From Veleropilina oligotropha (lineage: Eukaryota), in assembly GCA_048128005.1 (NCBI GenBank), contig JBEUKZ010000054.1:1364001-1428000 (forward strand): a DNA stretch of 64,000 nucleotides, in the 5' to 3' direction. Under the pieces are notes generated by a model. It worked only from the letters and a program-made list of their open reading frames with translations, was not told the DNA's origin and searched no databases. The translations under genes were made by a program, and so were the position numbers. Of this stretch, positions 34,677-47,513 are shown piece by piece. Every line of letters starts with the position of its first letter. The stretch's first letter is position 1.

Positions 34677-37600
34677 AACGAAAATGTTATATCATACAAC
34701 TTCTGGAGGTCCGATCGAGTCAGCAAGACGAGAAGGCCCGAATGAGCCGAGATTTTAATCAGTGAGAGTCCGAATTAGCAAGAGTTCGAATTAGCCGGTA
34801 CTCAAAAAGGTCGACTGATGGGAAGCTAGAGGTTTCGCCCCAATGTATGTTCGCCCCAAGAGGTTTCGCCCCAAAGTTGCGGAGGTTTCGCCCCAGTTTC
34901 AAAATATTAAAAAATATATACTATAAATAAATAAATTACTCCAAATACTAAACTATAAATTATTTTCATGGTAAATACATTATTTTCATGTTAAATAAAT
35001 AAATAATTTTCATGGTAAATAAATTATTATTATTTTCATGGTAAATAAATAATATTTTCGTTTAGATAAATCACTACATTTTATTTTGGCATATGCATGA
35101 AAAGTGACTGAAAATTAATCAATAATAAAGTCGAACGGTATTCAAAATATTAAAATAGATTAATTGCAATTGAATTGGTGTGTTGTGAGGTGAGTGGTAA
35201 TCAGGAATCGTTTTTCTGCATAGATTATCCACCGGATTATCAGGTGAGTAGTAATCAAGAAATATATATATATATATGAAGTCCAATGCAAGCCAACACA
35301 TAATTCCCAATCAGCATTGGCGACAATATCAGAATATAGCATCTATAATGGCTTCATATTGTATTTTTTGTACGAAGATAGTAAGTGGTCGACAGCATGC
35401 AATTGAGTGCGAGGGATGCCATCGTTGGCAACATCGATTGTGTCAAACTGGTAAGTATTATATTATAAACATTGCAATATTCATCAGCATATAATGCAAT
35501 TTCAAATATAATATATAATTTATTTGGGTTTGAAAAAAGCATTACTCTACCCTCTCACTCATAAAAAACTCATTCAAGTTGTCTTGTCCTCTATAACCCG
35601 CACTAGCTGCTTCTTAAAAGGCGATTTTTAAATTGATTTACAAAATTATAATATATAACATATTTATGATATGATCATGTATAATATATAACATATATAT
35701 AACATATTTATGATATGATCATGTCTTGTTTTTACAGGTATCAACTTAGCTGATTATCGCCAGATGTGTAAGGGGAACATTCAGATTTCTTGGATGTGCG
35801 TCCCATGTCGCGACCAAGAAGATGAGGTCCATACCACAACAGACAACAATTCAACTTCTGTCGACATCCATCATGACCTGCCAGTCTTCGATATTTCATA
35901 TATACCTTTCATGGATACTCACGATTCTCTTCAACCTCCTACCCCAACGATAACTAACGACGCTTCATTAGAGACCCTGGTGAACATGGAGTCTAGAGTA
36001 GACGACGTCCCCGATATTTCGTTTGACATACCGATGAGAAATATTGACCACCCAGATACGATAAGAGAAGAGTAAGTAAACAATTTTACATTATACCATT
36101 ATCATTCTTGTTGTACTGCATTAATAGAAACCAAATATATAATAATACATACATGCATTTTCCGAATTTTCATGCAAATGGTATTATATAAATACTTAAT
36201 CTATTATTTCTTTTATAGATCTTTACTTGATCCTGATGTTGATGCATCATTTCCTGATGATGGACCCGTGACGTTTGATGAAGTTTCACTGGGCACAAAA
36301 CGTGGAGGAAGGAAACTAGTGAGCAGTGACGGCTTTACGTACACTGTCAAGGTAAATACAATATTAAATTCATGCCACTTACGAAAGATATTCATTTATT
36401 AATTACTCTCTTTATTTCCTGATAATACAGTTAATTAATAATATTTCTAGCAACAATATTTCATACGAGACAAGATTTACTTTGAAAACATATATAATAT
36501 ATATCATATGAATAATTATATATAATCCTTATATTCTAGCGTACCAGCGCCACATGCACATACTGGATATGTAGTGTCAGAAGCAAGAAGCTAAGATGCC
36601 ACGCATTTGTGAAGCAGTATGGCAATAGATTTATAAGAAGTCCCAGTCCGCATGAACACCAAGCTGATCCCGGCGCAAAGAACAAGGTCGTCATATCGGC
36701 AAAGGTAAATATATACGAAAATTATAATTAAGTAATAATAAGTGTATATTTTGGATTACGAAATTTATTGCTCATACAGTCAAAATGTGATATTTGTAAT
36801 AATAGGGCCTACTCGTAATCACTTTTCCTATATTTTATTATTGACATTTCAATTTTTCATTCCAAAGGTTAAAGCGATTGCCAGAAGAGAAGTGTTTAGA
36901 CCAGCTGCAGAAGTTGTTGAGACCGTTATGCGGGAAACAATCCAACCAAATGACCACCACTTGCCTAAGATGGTAAATCTGACAAGAGCCGCAAATTTGC
37001 ATCGCCAAAAGTTACGCCCCAGTGAACCTGTTGATCTCTCATTTGTTGTAATCCGTTGTAAGTATATTTTATATCATTTGCTTGGTCTGTTTCTTATTTC
37101 GAATGTTTAGTCTTATTTTATGTTATATATCTTTATTTAATATGTTGCTTTTCGAGAATGTGTGTATAAATGGTGATTATGTTTTATATTACTTAATTGT
37201 ATTAATTTCAGATCGACGAGGAATTTATTCAGGCAGATTCGTTCCTGGTAGCAGATGTTCGGGTTGATGACCAACGTCATTTAGTGTTTGCGACCAAAAT
37301 GCAGATGACGCAACTGGCGAAATCGAAGAAATGGTTTATCGACGGGACGTTTAAAGTGGTAAAGGATCCATTTTATCAACTAATGTCGATCCACGCATTC
37401 GTGAAGAAAGGAGACGATTCGAAACAGGTTCCACTTGCCTTCTGTTTGATGTCTCGCCGAACGAAGAAGGATTATGTTGAGGTATGTACAACATTCATTA
37501 TGAAATAATTATTAAATACAGATCATTTATGATAGATTGTAATTGCAAACTCGTTACCGCTATTATGTATTGCTTGAATATTGCCACCTGTACATGTATA

Positions 37601-38051
37601 TGTGTAACTTGTATATTCTGTAAGTTGTAATAAAATATTGTTTAAATCAAATTATTGCTTGAATATTAGTTAAATACAAAATATTCATTATTTTTTTACT
37701 TTATAGGTATTGAAGAAAATCCGAGATGCGCTCGAAGACCCCGTTGTTGAATCCTTCATGTTGGATTTCGAGAAAGGTGTGTATAAACATTTGTCACTAA
37801 AATATATATCGTAAAGTACAATTAAAGTACAATTAAATAAATGATTAACAATGAATTATATAATTAAATGTCTTCTGTTTGCTTTCAGGTGCATGGCAAG
37901 CCATTAGAGAGGTATTTCCAGGCAGAATTATTAAAGGCTGTGTATTCCACTGGACTCAGGCAGTCTATCGTAAAGTTCTTCAACTGGGGTTGTCTACAGC
38001 ATACGTTCAGCGCAGAGACAAGTACGAATATATCAGAAAGCTGTTAGCGTT

Positions 38052-38337
38052 AGCAGCAGGGGGGGTGACCATACCTTTTATGTGGGGGCGCGGCGAGGGA
38101 AATTAAGGCTCCCAGCACTTTTTCAGAATTAATATGGATCTCAACTCAGCAGCAGGGGGGGTCAGTAGACTTTTTAGAATGGGAAAATACAGCGCCCAGC
38201 ACCTGTTTAGAACTCAGGGTGCTCGGACTAGTCAGCAGGGGAGTTTAGACTAGGGCCCCGGGGCCCACTGTGGAGGCTCCCAGCTATATTTTGGGACTGA
38301 GGGTAGGGCTTGTATTACAAAAAGTCACCGTGTGTAC
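38052..38337 (+). repeat. Left terminal inverted repeat of copy 2
   Basis: Reverse complement of 48101-48387; near-perfect in the outer ~210 bp and more degenerate inside. Confidence 0.9.
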
Positions 38338-39164
38338 AAACTAGGGTAGCTTAGAATAGTAAATTAAATTAAACACTTACCTGTGGACATTTCGGCCGAA
38401 ACTCATATCACTAATCCCCCTCCAGCCTTCTACAGCCTTCTAGATCAGTTTATTGCCACATTCCCATATATAACTTGTTGACGAGCTCTGTTCGTTCTAG
38501 AGCTTTCCACGTACACATACTTGTTGACGATTTCTGAACTTTCTAGAAACTCATTGCCACGTGACCATGACTCCACTAGATTACTGTCCACCATGTAAAC
38601 ACGGGGACTGATATATTCTTTCTGTGCCAAACAGAATGTTGGGGACCAGAAAAAGAAATCTGGGCCAATCTTTCTTGACTTGAGCCAGAAAATTTGTATA
38701 TCTGGGTCGACTCGGGACTGCGAGGTATTTCATTCATACGCGCAGAAGCAGCCGGACAGCATTTCTATAGTACTATAGAAATGGCGTGTCATGCTTTTAA
38801 CGACTGTTGCCATTCATAAATCGGGTACGAATGAACCAAGTAGATGGCTGACGGGGATATTAATATTATTATTTAATACATTGATGTCTCTCCTAGTGTA
38901 GCTCTAAGCGCAGTACAAACTATAACTAATATTACAGTACAATGTACACAAGAATATACAGGAGAGACATCAATGATACATACTTAAGCAATAATAATAA
39001 TAAACAGAATATTTTTTTCGAGTTTTTCAATTTTATCTTTTTTTTACAAGCGCAATCAGACAAAGAGGTGAAGCAGCCCCTGCGTGAACTTCAACCAACT
39101 TTGAATGGTACAATATACGCAGGGGAAAGCCGGAAAAATATGTTTTAATGCAGGAGCAGCTGTT

Positions 39165-39596
39165 TTATATGAATATATAGTTGCCCGATATTAAAGTACA
39201 ATTACAGGGTGAGATGTGTCCGACTTTTCTCCACACACCGAAGCAGCCAGACAGCATGGTATAATACTCCCCATTTTTTCCAGGACATAACGAGGGGGTC
39301 GAACACTGGACACATGTGACAGTATCTCTTGGTGTGGCAGGGCTACAGTCATTCTCTCCGATAATAAAATAGTGGCATGACGGTGGAGAGACATCAGGGG
39401 TGGGGTCTCTACCCGGGCGAAGAAGCAAGTTTCTACGTAAGGGGTCAGATCGGGCGTTATACCTGGGATGATTTCGGTACCTAGTCCACGTATGTTCCAG
39501 AATTAATGCAGTGTTGTGTGTCGACGCCTGGGTAGACACACCCCCTAGCCAGCACACCGCGACAATGCACAGTAGCATAGATTTCATGGATTTCAT
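39165..39596 (-). CDS. Secreted cysteine-rich protein (copy 2 variant)
   Basis: Homolog of 19427-19846. Confidence 0.75.
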   Translation of the reverse strand: MKSMKSMLLCIVAVCWLGGVSTQASTHNTALILEHTWTRYRNHPRYNARSDPLRRNLLLRPGRDPTPDVSPPSCHYFIIGENDCSPATPRDTVTCVQCSTPSLCPGKNGEYYTMLSGCFGVWRKVGHISPCNCTLISGNYIFI

Positions 39597-39678
39597 GGTT
39601 GTCCAGATATCACTGTCGATTTCTAGCTTTAATACGGAGGAGGAGCGGGGTAGTCGTGGCTACGCTCAACCTGGATAG

Positions 39679-40314
39679 TTAGTCGCCAGCTCCGATTTTT
39701 TTCAGCAGCTCTGCGCGACCCTCTAAACGACCACGCTCAATAAGCTCGCTTTGGGTCTGTGAAATCGCGGTGTGCGCCTTCCTACTCTTATCCCGGATTG
39801 ATGCCTTCATGGCTTGGTATTTCTCCATCTCCCCTGTGACCAGTTGGAATTCATCATCAGACATCACCCCGTCCGATAATGCCTTTGAGACGTGGTCGGT
39901 TATGGTATTCAGCTTGCTGTCGGCCAGGACTCGAATCTCGTCGTGTTTCTTAGCCTTCACCCCGAGGCGCCGGCTGATATACTTTCCACCCATACTAGCG
40001 AGCCCACACCCTAATGCCGCTAGTTCCAGCACTAGGACGACCGGGGCGGCTACAATTGTGGACAGTAGACCAATTCCAGCGCTACCCATACCAAGTGTGG
40101 CGACGACTAGCCCGTTATCTATCCCGTCAACGACGTTAACACCTCGTCGGTACTTTTTATATAATGCAGCCCGTGTGTCCCTCTCTCGTTCTAATTGTCC
40201 CTGAAGCTCATTCACTTTCTGTAGTCGGAAGGACTGTGCCTCATGCAGTTCCGAAGGCACATCGCCACCAAGTTGTGGGTACAGCGTTGGCGCTGAGGGT
40301 TTGTTGTCCATCAT
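39679..40314 (-). CDS. PSAP/LYPxL membrane protein (copy 2)
   Basis: Homolog of 19929-20564; start placed at MMDNKPSAP by comparison with copy 1. Confidence 0.75.
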   Translation of the reverse strand: MMDNKPSAPTLYPQLGGDVPSELHEAQSFRLQKVNELQGQLERERDTRAALYKKYRRGVNVVDGIDNGLVVATLGMGSAGIGLLSTIVAAPVVLVLELAALGCGLASMGGKYISRRLGVKAKKHDEIRVLADSKLNTITDHVSKALSDGVMSDDEFQLVTGEMEKYQAMKASIRDKSRKAHTAISQTQSELIERGRLEGRAELLKKIGAGD

Positions 40315-40661
40315 ACGTGGCTGTATTGTTCCGCCTGTTTGTTTAAAATGTCTACTGTAACGTTCAAATACAGAGTGCCGACCCACGGGGCCTTGATGAC
40401 AAAGGCGAGGGTTAACTTATCCGAATCCAGGCTGAGTTTACTTATGGAACATGCCTTGGGGCCCCCGGCCGGCTGGACCGGCGTCAGGTGGATCATTAGA
40501 AGGGCTGGGTTCAACCCGAACCGACCTCTAGTGTTTGGAAAAATGAACTCCCTCCTCGCCAGCCCCTTATTGGGCGCTACCCCACAATTAAGGACAAAGT
40601 GCCACCGGGTCGGGGGGGAAGAGGGCTCGTCTGCAAGCAGGGTCCCGTAGATGCTGCTCAT
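40311..40661 (-). CDS. Hypothetical viral protein (copy 2)
   Basis: Homolog of 20561-20941. Confidence 0.6.
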   Translation of the reverse strand: MSSIYGTLLADEPSSPPTRWHFVLNCGVAPNKGLARREFIFPNTRGRFGLNPALLMIHLTPVQPAGGPKACSISKLSLDSDKLTLAFVIKAPWVGTLYLNVTVDILNKQAEQYSHV

Positions 40662-41398
40662 TGTATCGCAAGGACTGCGGAAATAGGCATGCCGTGATTG
40701 TCTAGCAGGTTACTGTCTGCGTCTGTGACGTACACCTTCAACTCTGTGATTAGCCCGGCCTGTAGTCGCCGGCCGGCGGGATAGCTATGATAGTGGCCAG
40801 CTTCACCGAACATCTGCGACGTGATAGGGACCACCGCGAGAATAGTGCTCGGGGCGCCGTCCTTCACATTGTGCGTTGTACTAAGCTGCTCCAGGTGGAC
40901 GTGCAGGGTTGGCGCTATGGCAAACCCGACAGGCTTATTCCCGTCATACGTCCCAGGGCGTAGCCACTCGGATCTCTCTGGAGGGGGGGGTGGTTGGCCC
41001 TGTACTCCCCGAACCGGTTGGTTCAGATTCCCTGCTTTATCGAGAATAAACGAAGAGAGGTCTAAGCCGAGGAGTTTTCGTATATCGTCGCTTATCGCGA
41101 GTCGAGTCCCCTCTGGGACCACGATTCGGGCGAGCCCTGTAGCATGGCTTACATCTAGTTGTAGGTTAACTAGCGACCTCTTCATCGTCTTGGCGAGGTC
41201 ATCGAAGCTGTAGAAACCTGGTGCCACGTCGACCGTGGTATCCGGGGTCTTAAAGAAGGCTCCGGCATGCACGTTGTGCCAGCCTACCCAATAGTCGAGC
41301 GACTGCAAGCTGACACATAGCTTGCCGTCCCGGTTATCAATCGGCTCCAGGAGGGCAACCGCGGTCCCCTCTTGAACGTTTGTTAATGTGTGAAACAT
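40658..41398 (-). CDS. Putative minor capsid protein (copy 2)
   Basis: Homolog of 20928-21665. Confidence 0.7.
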   Translation of the reverse strand: MFHTLTNVQEGTAVALLEPIDNRDGKLCVSLQSLDYWVGWHNVHAGAFFKTPDTTVDVAPGFYSFDDLAKTMKRSLVNLQLDVSHATGLARIVVPEGTRLAISDDIRKLLGLDLSSFILDKAGNLNQPVRGVQGQPPPPPERSEWLRPGTYDGNKPVGFAIAPTLHVHLEQLSTTHNVKDGAPSTILAVVPITSQMFGEAGHYHSYPAGRRLQAGLITELKVYVTDADSNLLDNHGMPISAVLAIQ

Positions 41399-41405
41399 AG
41401 TAGCT

Positions 41406-42014
41406 ATGGCTAAGAGCGCCTTTGCGTTTAATAGGAGTGCGGCCTATCCGACCGGTGTGGTGTACCCAGCAAAGATCAAAGATGAGCAGCTTACGAGACC
41501 AAGCATCAATGTGGGTAATAGCTCAACCACTACATTCGGGGCAACATACCCCGACGTCTTTCAGAAATACCGCCTCCCTCATGTCGCTAGTGACGGGCTG
41601 ATAAGGGATTGGAACAGCACGCCGATGAGGTTCTGGCAGAACAAGGTCAATTTCGCAGTTTGGTGTGCCACAACAGGTTCCGGAATCTCCTCAGAAGACC
41701 ACTTAAATGCTACTGCAGCCCCCCTCTCCACTGCTGTATTCACCTTCCACGTCTACTATCAGGTCAGACGAATCTTATCCGAAATTCAGGCGCCGCTGCC
41801 ACAGGACCGGACGTGGGATGCATTCGACAACCCGTATGACCGCAGGGCATATGAGAAGATCTGCAGCGAATTTGGAGTGTCTCCCCATACCGACTGGCGT
41901 GTCAAGGGTCCCAACGGCGGACTAGGCACCGCTTACAGCTACTGGACGAACAACGGCTACCACCCCATCGGACGTGACTATGATCCAAGCCGAAACGCCA
42001 CGACATTGCTGTAG
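41406..42014 (+). pseudogene. 5' half of the 425-aa protein, truncated by the internal deletion
   Basis: Matches copy 1 up to YDPSR, then jumps to sequence homologous to ~27807. Confidence 0.8.
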
Positions 42015-42558
42015 AACAGCTCAACGCTGCTCAGACTAAATGGTCACAACAGAGGGCAGAGCGTCTCGACTGGCTGAACGTTGAACTTCGCCGCCAGGGT
42101 CATGCCGTTGGCACATTCCGGGATGTTGACGCCGCGATCCGTGAGTATGCATTGATCACCGGCAAGAACCTTGACCCCGACCTGGGGGGTGGCCCTGAGC
42201 CCGCCCTGTCTGACTACTACACACCGAGCGATGGCCAGAAGGGACGTGAGATCACCTTCATCATCCTGGGGATGGCTGCGACCGGGTTGGTCGCCTACAA
42301 GCTCGCCTAATTATTTCCAGTGGACATTTTTTTCGTTGGCATGTATAGTAATGGGGCTCCCAGAAGAGCTGTACTGCGCTATGCTTGCGGTCGGCTATAG
42401 TACTACGTTACTCGACTGCTGGCGCCGCGACGAAAATACTATGGTGCGGTTCGCGGTCCTGGTGCTCTCGGGCCCGACCAACCTACGGGCGACCACTGTG
42501 CAGCGACCGGCTCCGGAAGCTGAAGCCTGTTGGAGACTGATCAGTTTACTGGAATACA

Positions 42559-43563
42559 TTGCTGATGGATAGTAAGCTTGCGAGGATGTACTACAGCCCT
42601 AAGGGCTACTGGAAAGGCATTGCCGCGATAAAGAAACTAGCTGACGCTGCCAAGGCGTCTGAAGTGGAGGCCCGGACATGGCTTAAGAGGCAGGCTATAT
42701 GGCAGATCTATTTACCTGCGCCACGGCGGATTCCAAGACCAAAATTCGACGTCGTAACGCCAAACGAGGTTCACCAAGCCGACCTCCTGTTTCTCCCCCA
42801 TGACAAGGTCAGACACAAGACCTATAAGTACGCTTTGACTGTGGTTGATGTGGCCAGTCGCTTTAAAGAAGCTGAGCCTCTGGTCACAAAAGAGGCCAAA
42901 GGGGTTGCTGATGCACTAGCCCGAATCTACAGGCGGAGTCCTCTTGGCTGGCCGAAACTGCTTCAAGTCGATCCAGGGCGAGAGTTTATGGGCGCGGTTT
43001 CCCAGCTGCTGGCAAAGAATAACGTCGAGGTTAGGCGTGGCCGTGTGGATATCCATCGCGATCAGGGCATTGTGGAGCGCTTCAACCGGACGCTCGCTGA
43101 GCGGCTCTTCGGGCACCAGTATGCAACAGAGATGCGGTTTGCAGAGTCTGCGAAAGAGGGTCAAAGGTCAAATGAGTGGGTCGCCCGGTTAGCAGCTGTA
43201 GTTGCGGCCTTGAATGGGGAAGTGACCAGGCTGACCGGTAAAAAGCCCAAGGACGCCATCAAGGCACCTCGCGTTGCCCAAAAGCCAGGCGCCACTGTTC
43301 CAGGCCGACAGGGGAAGGAACAGAAACTCCCCTCTGACGTAGATGTTCGCTACCTTTACTACGATGGTGAGCTGGAGGGGGGTCATCGCCGTGCTACTGA
43401 CCCGGTGTGGTCTCTAAAAGTTTACAGGCTTGGACGCTCCGTCACTAAGCCTGACGAGCCTGTGCTCTACTACTTGCTGGATGGACCACCGCGTGGCTTC
43501 GTTCGTGAGGAACTTCTCGTGGTGCCTCATGATACCCAGCTGCCGCCGGTTCTCAGGCGTTAA
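42559..43563 (+). CDS. rve integrase (copy 2), intact
   Basis: 334 aa with the same DDE motifs as copy 1. Confidence 0.92.
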   Translation: MLMDSKLARMYYSPKGYWKGIAAIKKLADAAKASEVEARTWLKRQAIWQIYLPAPRRIPRPKFDVVTPNEVHQADLLFLPHDKVRHKTYKYALTVVDVASRFKEAEPLVTKEAKGVADALARIYRRSPLGWPKLLQVDPGREFMGAVSQLLAKNNVEVRRGRVDIHRDQGIVERFNRTLAERLFGHQYATEMRFAESAKEGQRSNEWVARLAAVVAALNGEVTRLTGKKPKDAIKAPRVAQKPGATVPGRQGKEQKLPSDVDVRYLYYDGELEGGHRRATDPVWSLKVYRLGRSVTKPDEPVLYYLLDGPPRGFVREELLVVPHDTQLPPVLRR

Positions 43564-46500
43564 CAACCGCAAATCCTCGTTTCCGGTTACATTCTAGACA
43601 CGTTAAGCGCACGTTGTCGCGGGTGTGGCCCCTGCTGTTGTCCACACGGTCGACACTGAACTGCTGTGTGTCCTTCGGGGAATATGCCCAGAGCAGCTCT
43701 ATGTTGCATGCTGCGCAGCGGTTGTTTTGGGCCTCTCTGAGCCGCAGGATGTCGTCGACCTTGAGGTTAAACCCCGGGAGTCCCGTTGCCTGGTCCTGGC
43801 GTTTGTAGGCCACAAGCTTTTTCTGGATGGTCTTTCGGAGCTGTTGCTCGGTTTGGGGCGCTTGGGGGGGCCTGTCCTCAGAACCCTCATCCGGTGGACA
43901 GGTTACCCGTTCGAGCTGACGCAGCAGCTCCACCCGGGACACGGCTAGGTAGGCGAGATTACTCCACTGAAGGTAGTCGTCGATGATCCAGACTTTCTGT
44001 GGGTCGTGAATCGTAAGACCCTGGCTCGAATGGATGGTGAGAGCATAGCCCAGGCGCCAATCCGGGGTCAGGATAGCCCGCTCAGCGGCCTCAATGGTGA
44101 CCTCGACGACGTCGTTCAGAACTAGCTCCTCTCTGTCGCTGGTGCCCGGAATGATTACCATGATGTTCTGTTTTCTGCTGTCCCTGGGGTGGTACAGGAT
44201 AGGCACCATGGAGTCTGGGAAGTGCTCCTTGTGCCTCTGGAGCAACAGCTCTTGAGCCCGTTCGCGGACCTTCTGACGGCTTGTGAGGATTAGGTCGCCT
44301 GGCTTCCAGGTGTTGACGAACCGGTCCCATCCGAGGCAGCTGGGGAGGGTCCGTCGCATCTCGTCGCACTGGACTTTGTCGGGCTGGAGACGGATACGTC
44401 TTTTCAGGGCTTGGAGGGCAGGGTGGTCTTTCGCCCTGTAGTCTACTTCGATCTCTTCATAGTAGTCCGCGGTCTTTCGCAGCCAATCGTGCGGCATCTC
44501 GCCCGTAATCGGTGGTGGCTGGCCTTGATCACCACAGCAGATAACCTGCACTTCGTGGCGGCCCAGCCAGTCCAAGAACATCTCTAGGATGTGCCGGGGA
44601 ACAGTACAGACCTCGTCCCAGATAATGACGCGCGGGATGAACTTCTGACCCATGCGATCAGGCGTCCAGTCGTTCTGGCCGCTCCATCGGAAGAAGCTGT
44701 GGTAGGTCTGGGCTTTGACGCCTCTGGTCCGCATCTCTTTAGCGAGGCGGTGGGTTGGTGTGAACACGACGGGATTCCTTGCCCGAAAGAGCTCGATCGC
44801 TCTCGTAGTCTTGCCACAGCCCCCTCCACCGTTGAGGTAACTCAGGCGATGGTGGGTCAGTGTGTCATTGTAGCATGGCGCGGTGCTCGGCTGGCTGGAA
44901 TTGGCGGCACAACAATACTCTGGCTTGGGTAGGTATGCGGCATGTTCCTGTGGCATATACAGCTGTTCGCCCTTGTCACGCCACTGGGCTGGTGCTACTG
45001 GCGGAAGGTACGGCTCCGCGATCAGACATGAGATGCACGATTTCTCGCCACAGCCGCAGAGTCTGGGGGCAACGTACACCGTGACATCGTCGAGCTTCTC
45101 CAACGAGGCCTTCTTGAGGTAGATGCTGTCCGTGGCTACCCGGACGGCTTCTGCTGCACTGAAACGCTTCAGCATGCTCAAGAGGTTTATGTGTGCATAG
45201 GCCAACATGGATGCCCTCAGGTGGGCGTACTGAGGCTGGGAGCCATCATAGTACGTGAGGATGTGACCGAGGGGGCATCTCTGAGGAGCGCCAACCAGGG
45301 TGCCGCTTTGGCGGGTGTCTCTTACGAGGAAGTCGAGCTCACCCTGGTCGGTCACCAGTCTACGAGTCAATCTTTTGCCGTCAGCCTTGGCGCCTTGGGT
45401 GAATTTGCCGATAATGCTGCAGCCCTGGTCACGGTTCTCAGGAAGCCAGACCTCGAGTTGCTTTCTGAATGTGATGATAGCTTCTCGGATCTTGAGGCTC
45501 TTTAGCAGTCCAGACTCTACGAGGTAGGCGAGCAGCGCAGTGGGTGCCAAACTCATTTCTGCAAAGTGCTTTCCGAACCAGGCGGGAATGACGGGGTGGA
45601 TGTCTTGTGCGAACTCCCATTCCACGACCTCGGCAAACCCGGTACCGATTTCTCGGGGTAGAGGACCGTTAATTGCGACCCGGGTCATGCTGTGGGTTGG
45701 GTGCCCGAATCTTTCGAAGTACGGCTTAGCCTCGCCCTTCCCCAGAAAGCTGGCAGGGTAGCAGGCTTTCATATCGATGCAGCAGACATCGCCCGTATCA
45801 TAGTTCATGGAATTCCACAGGCCACCATGACCGTGCTCCACGCAGGCCTTCTGGACGTCATCGAGCAGGCTCGCTGGGGTGGGTTTCCAGCCGTTCTTCT
45901 CTTTGGCCATAATGCTAGCTGCATGGTTCACGCCAAAGGCTCTCTCGGCAAGGGACTCATTCCCCAGCGCTGTACAGGCTTCCTGGAGTCTCTCGTGATC
46001 ATCTTGTGTCCTGTACGTGCGACCGTCTTGCAGCACGAACTGGTCCACGCCGAGCTGTCGGTCTTTACCGCCTAGGAGCCAGACAGCCATTGGCTCATTC
46101 TGTGTGGCTTGTCGAATAGCTTCCCAGACATCGCCCTCATACAGGTGGATCTCTCTACTTTGCGGGAAGTGTAGGTCCTTCGACCAGGCGTGGCCGTTGT
46201 GACAGATGAGTTCTATGGACTTCCACATACTGGCCTGGTATTTCCCACTGTTGTAGATGTCCTCGCCGGCAATGTCTCTCAAGGTGATCGCCCGTTTGAG
46301 GATCTTCTCGAGGGTAGCTATATCATCCACAGTGGCGCCTGTTACATGGACTCGCTCTTCCCACTCCAGTATTTTCTGCCGCCTTGTCGGGGTGAGTCCG
46401 TGTCCTCTAAGGGCACCTTCGAAGTGCTCAACCACTCGTTCGTTGGGCAACGCAGTTGAGGTCGCCGTTCTTCATCGGAACCAGGTTGGCGGGGTTTGGT

Positions 46501-47513
46501 TCTCTGAGAGGATAGACGCCGTAGACGACTGCAGTGACCGGGTAGGCATTCTCGTAGTAGACCTTGTCGACCCCAGTGATAGCACCCGGCTTAGTGTCCT
46601 GAGAGATCTCAAAGACACCCTGGCCCTTCTTCCTCGCAGCTTTCACCGGGTCAAACTTGTCTTCGACCACCCAGTCACCTTCACCCCACTCACGCAAGAA
46701 CTTTATTCTAAGGACATACTCGCCCTTTGGAAGGGCTGTGAGGAGCTGTGCCGCCCTTGCATCTGTCATACGGGCATCCAGGGCCAGCCGTCCAGCCACT
46801 TCTACCCTCCATGTGGAGAAAGCCGCCGCGGCACCATCGACCTCAAACTCGTCTTTGGCGTCGCTCAAGAGTTCCACCCATGGCTCTTTTGCTGGGAGCC
46901 TTACTGGGGGAGGGACCTGGTCATCCAGGTCGATGAATCGTTGTCCCTCGGGTGTGGTAAATTGCCCTAGAAGATCCTTCTGGTAGTCCTGGGCTGTCCG
47001 GGGCATTTTGGAGATGAGAAGATCGGGCCCCTTCCGAGCAATAGCATGGGCAAGGGTCTCTTTCCGAGACCGCTTGACGATTCGATCCGTGATGGCGCGA
47101 AGTGGCTTCTGTCGAATCCCAGGCTTCTTCTCAGCTTGGATTTCGTATTTACGGACCTTGAGGGCGACCTCGACCTCGTCCTTAATCGGCCGCAATTCGC
47201 GAGTACGACGGCCTCTTTTGTGGGGGTTCACCACATCTCCACGTATGGAGGGGAACCTTCCCGTTTTCATCGCCCGCTCGAGTCTCCTCCGAAACTCCGC
47301 AGCACGGACCCTGGCGATTGCCCAGATGAGGTCGTGCTTGTTGAGCTTCGACCGAGCGGGAATCCCATAATCTTTCGCTAAATTCCGCAGGTCATCCATG
47401 TTGCTGGGTGGGTATACACTAGGATCCCAGTTCTGTAATATGAAATTTACGCGTGGTAAATTGCAGCCATACGGAGAAACTCTCTCTCGAAGGGTCGGTT
47501 CTTTCGTCGCCAA
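43553..47513 (-). pseudogene. Full-length replicase polyprotein (copy 2), split by a 4-bp duplication near 46440
   Basis: ORFs 46428-47513 and 43553-46450 join into one frame if the duplicated ACGA is removed; copy 1 reads NCVAQRVVEHF across this point. Confidence 0.82.
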
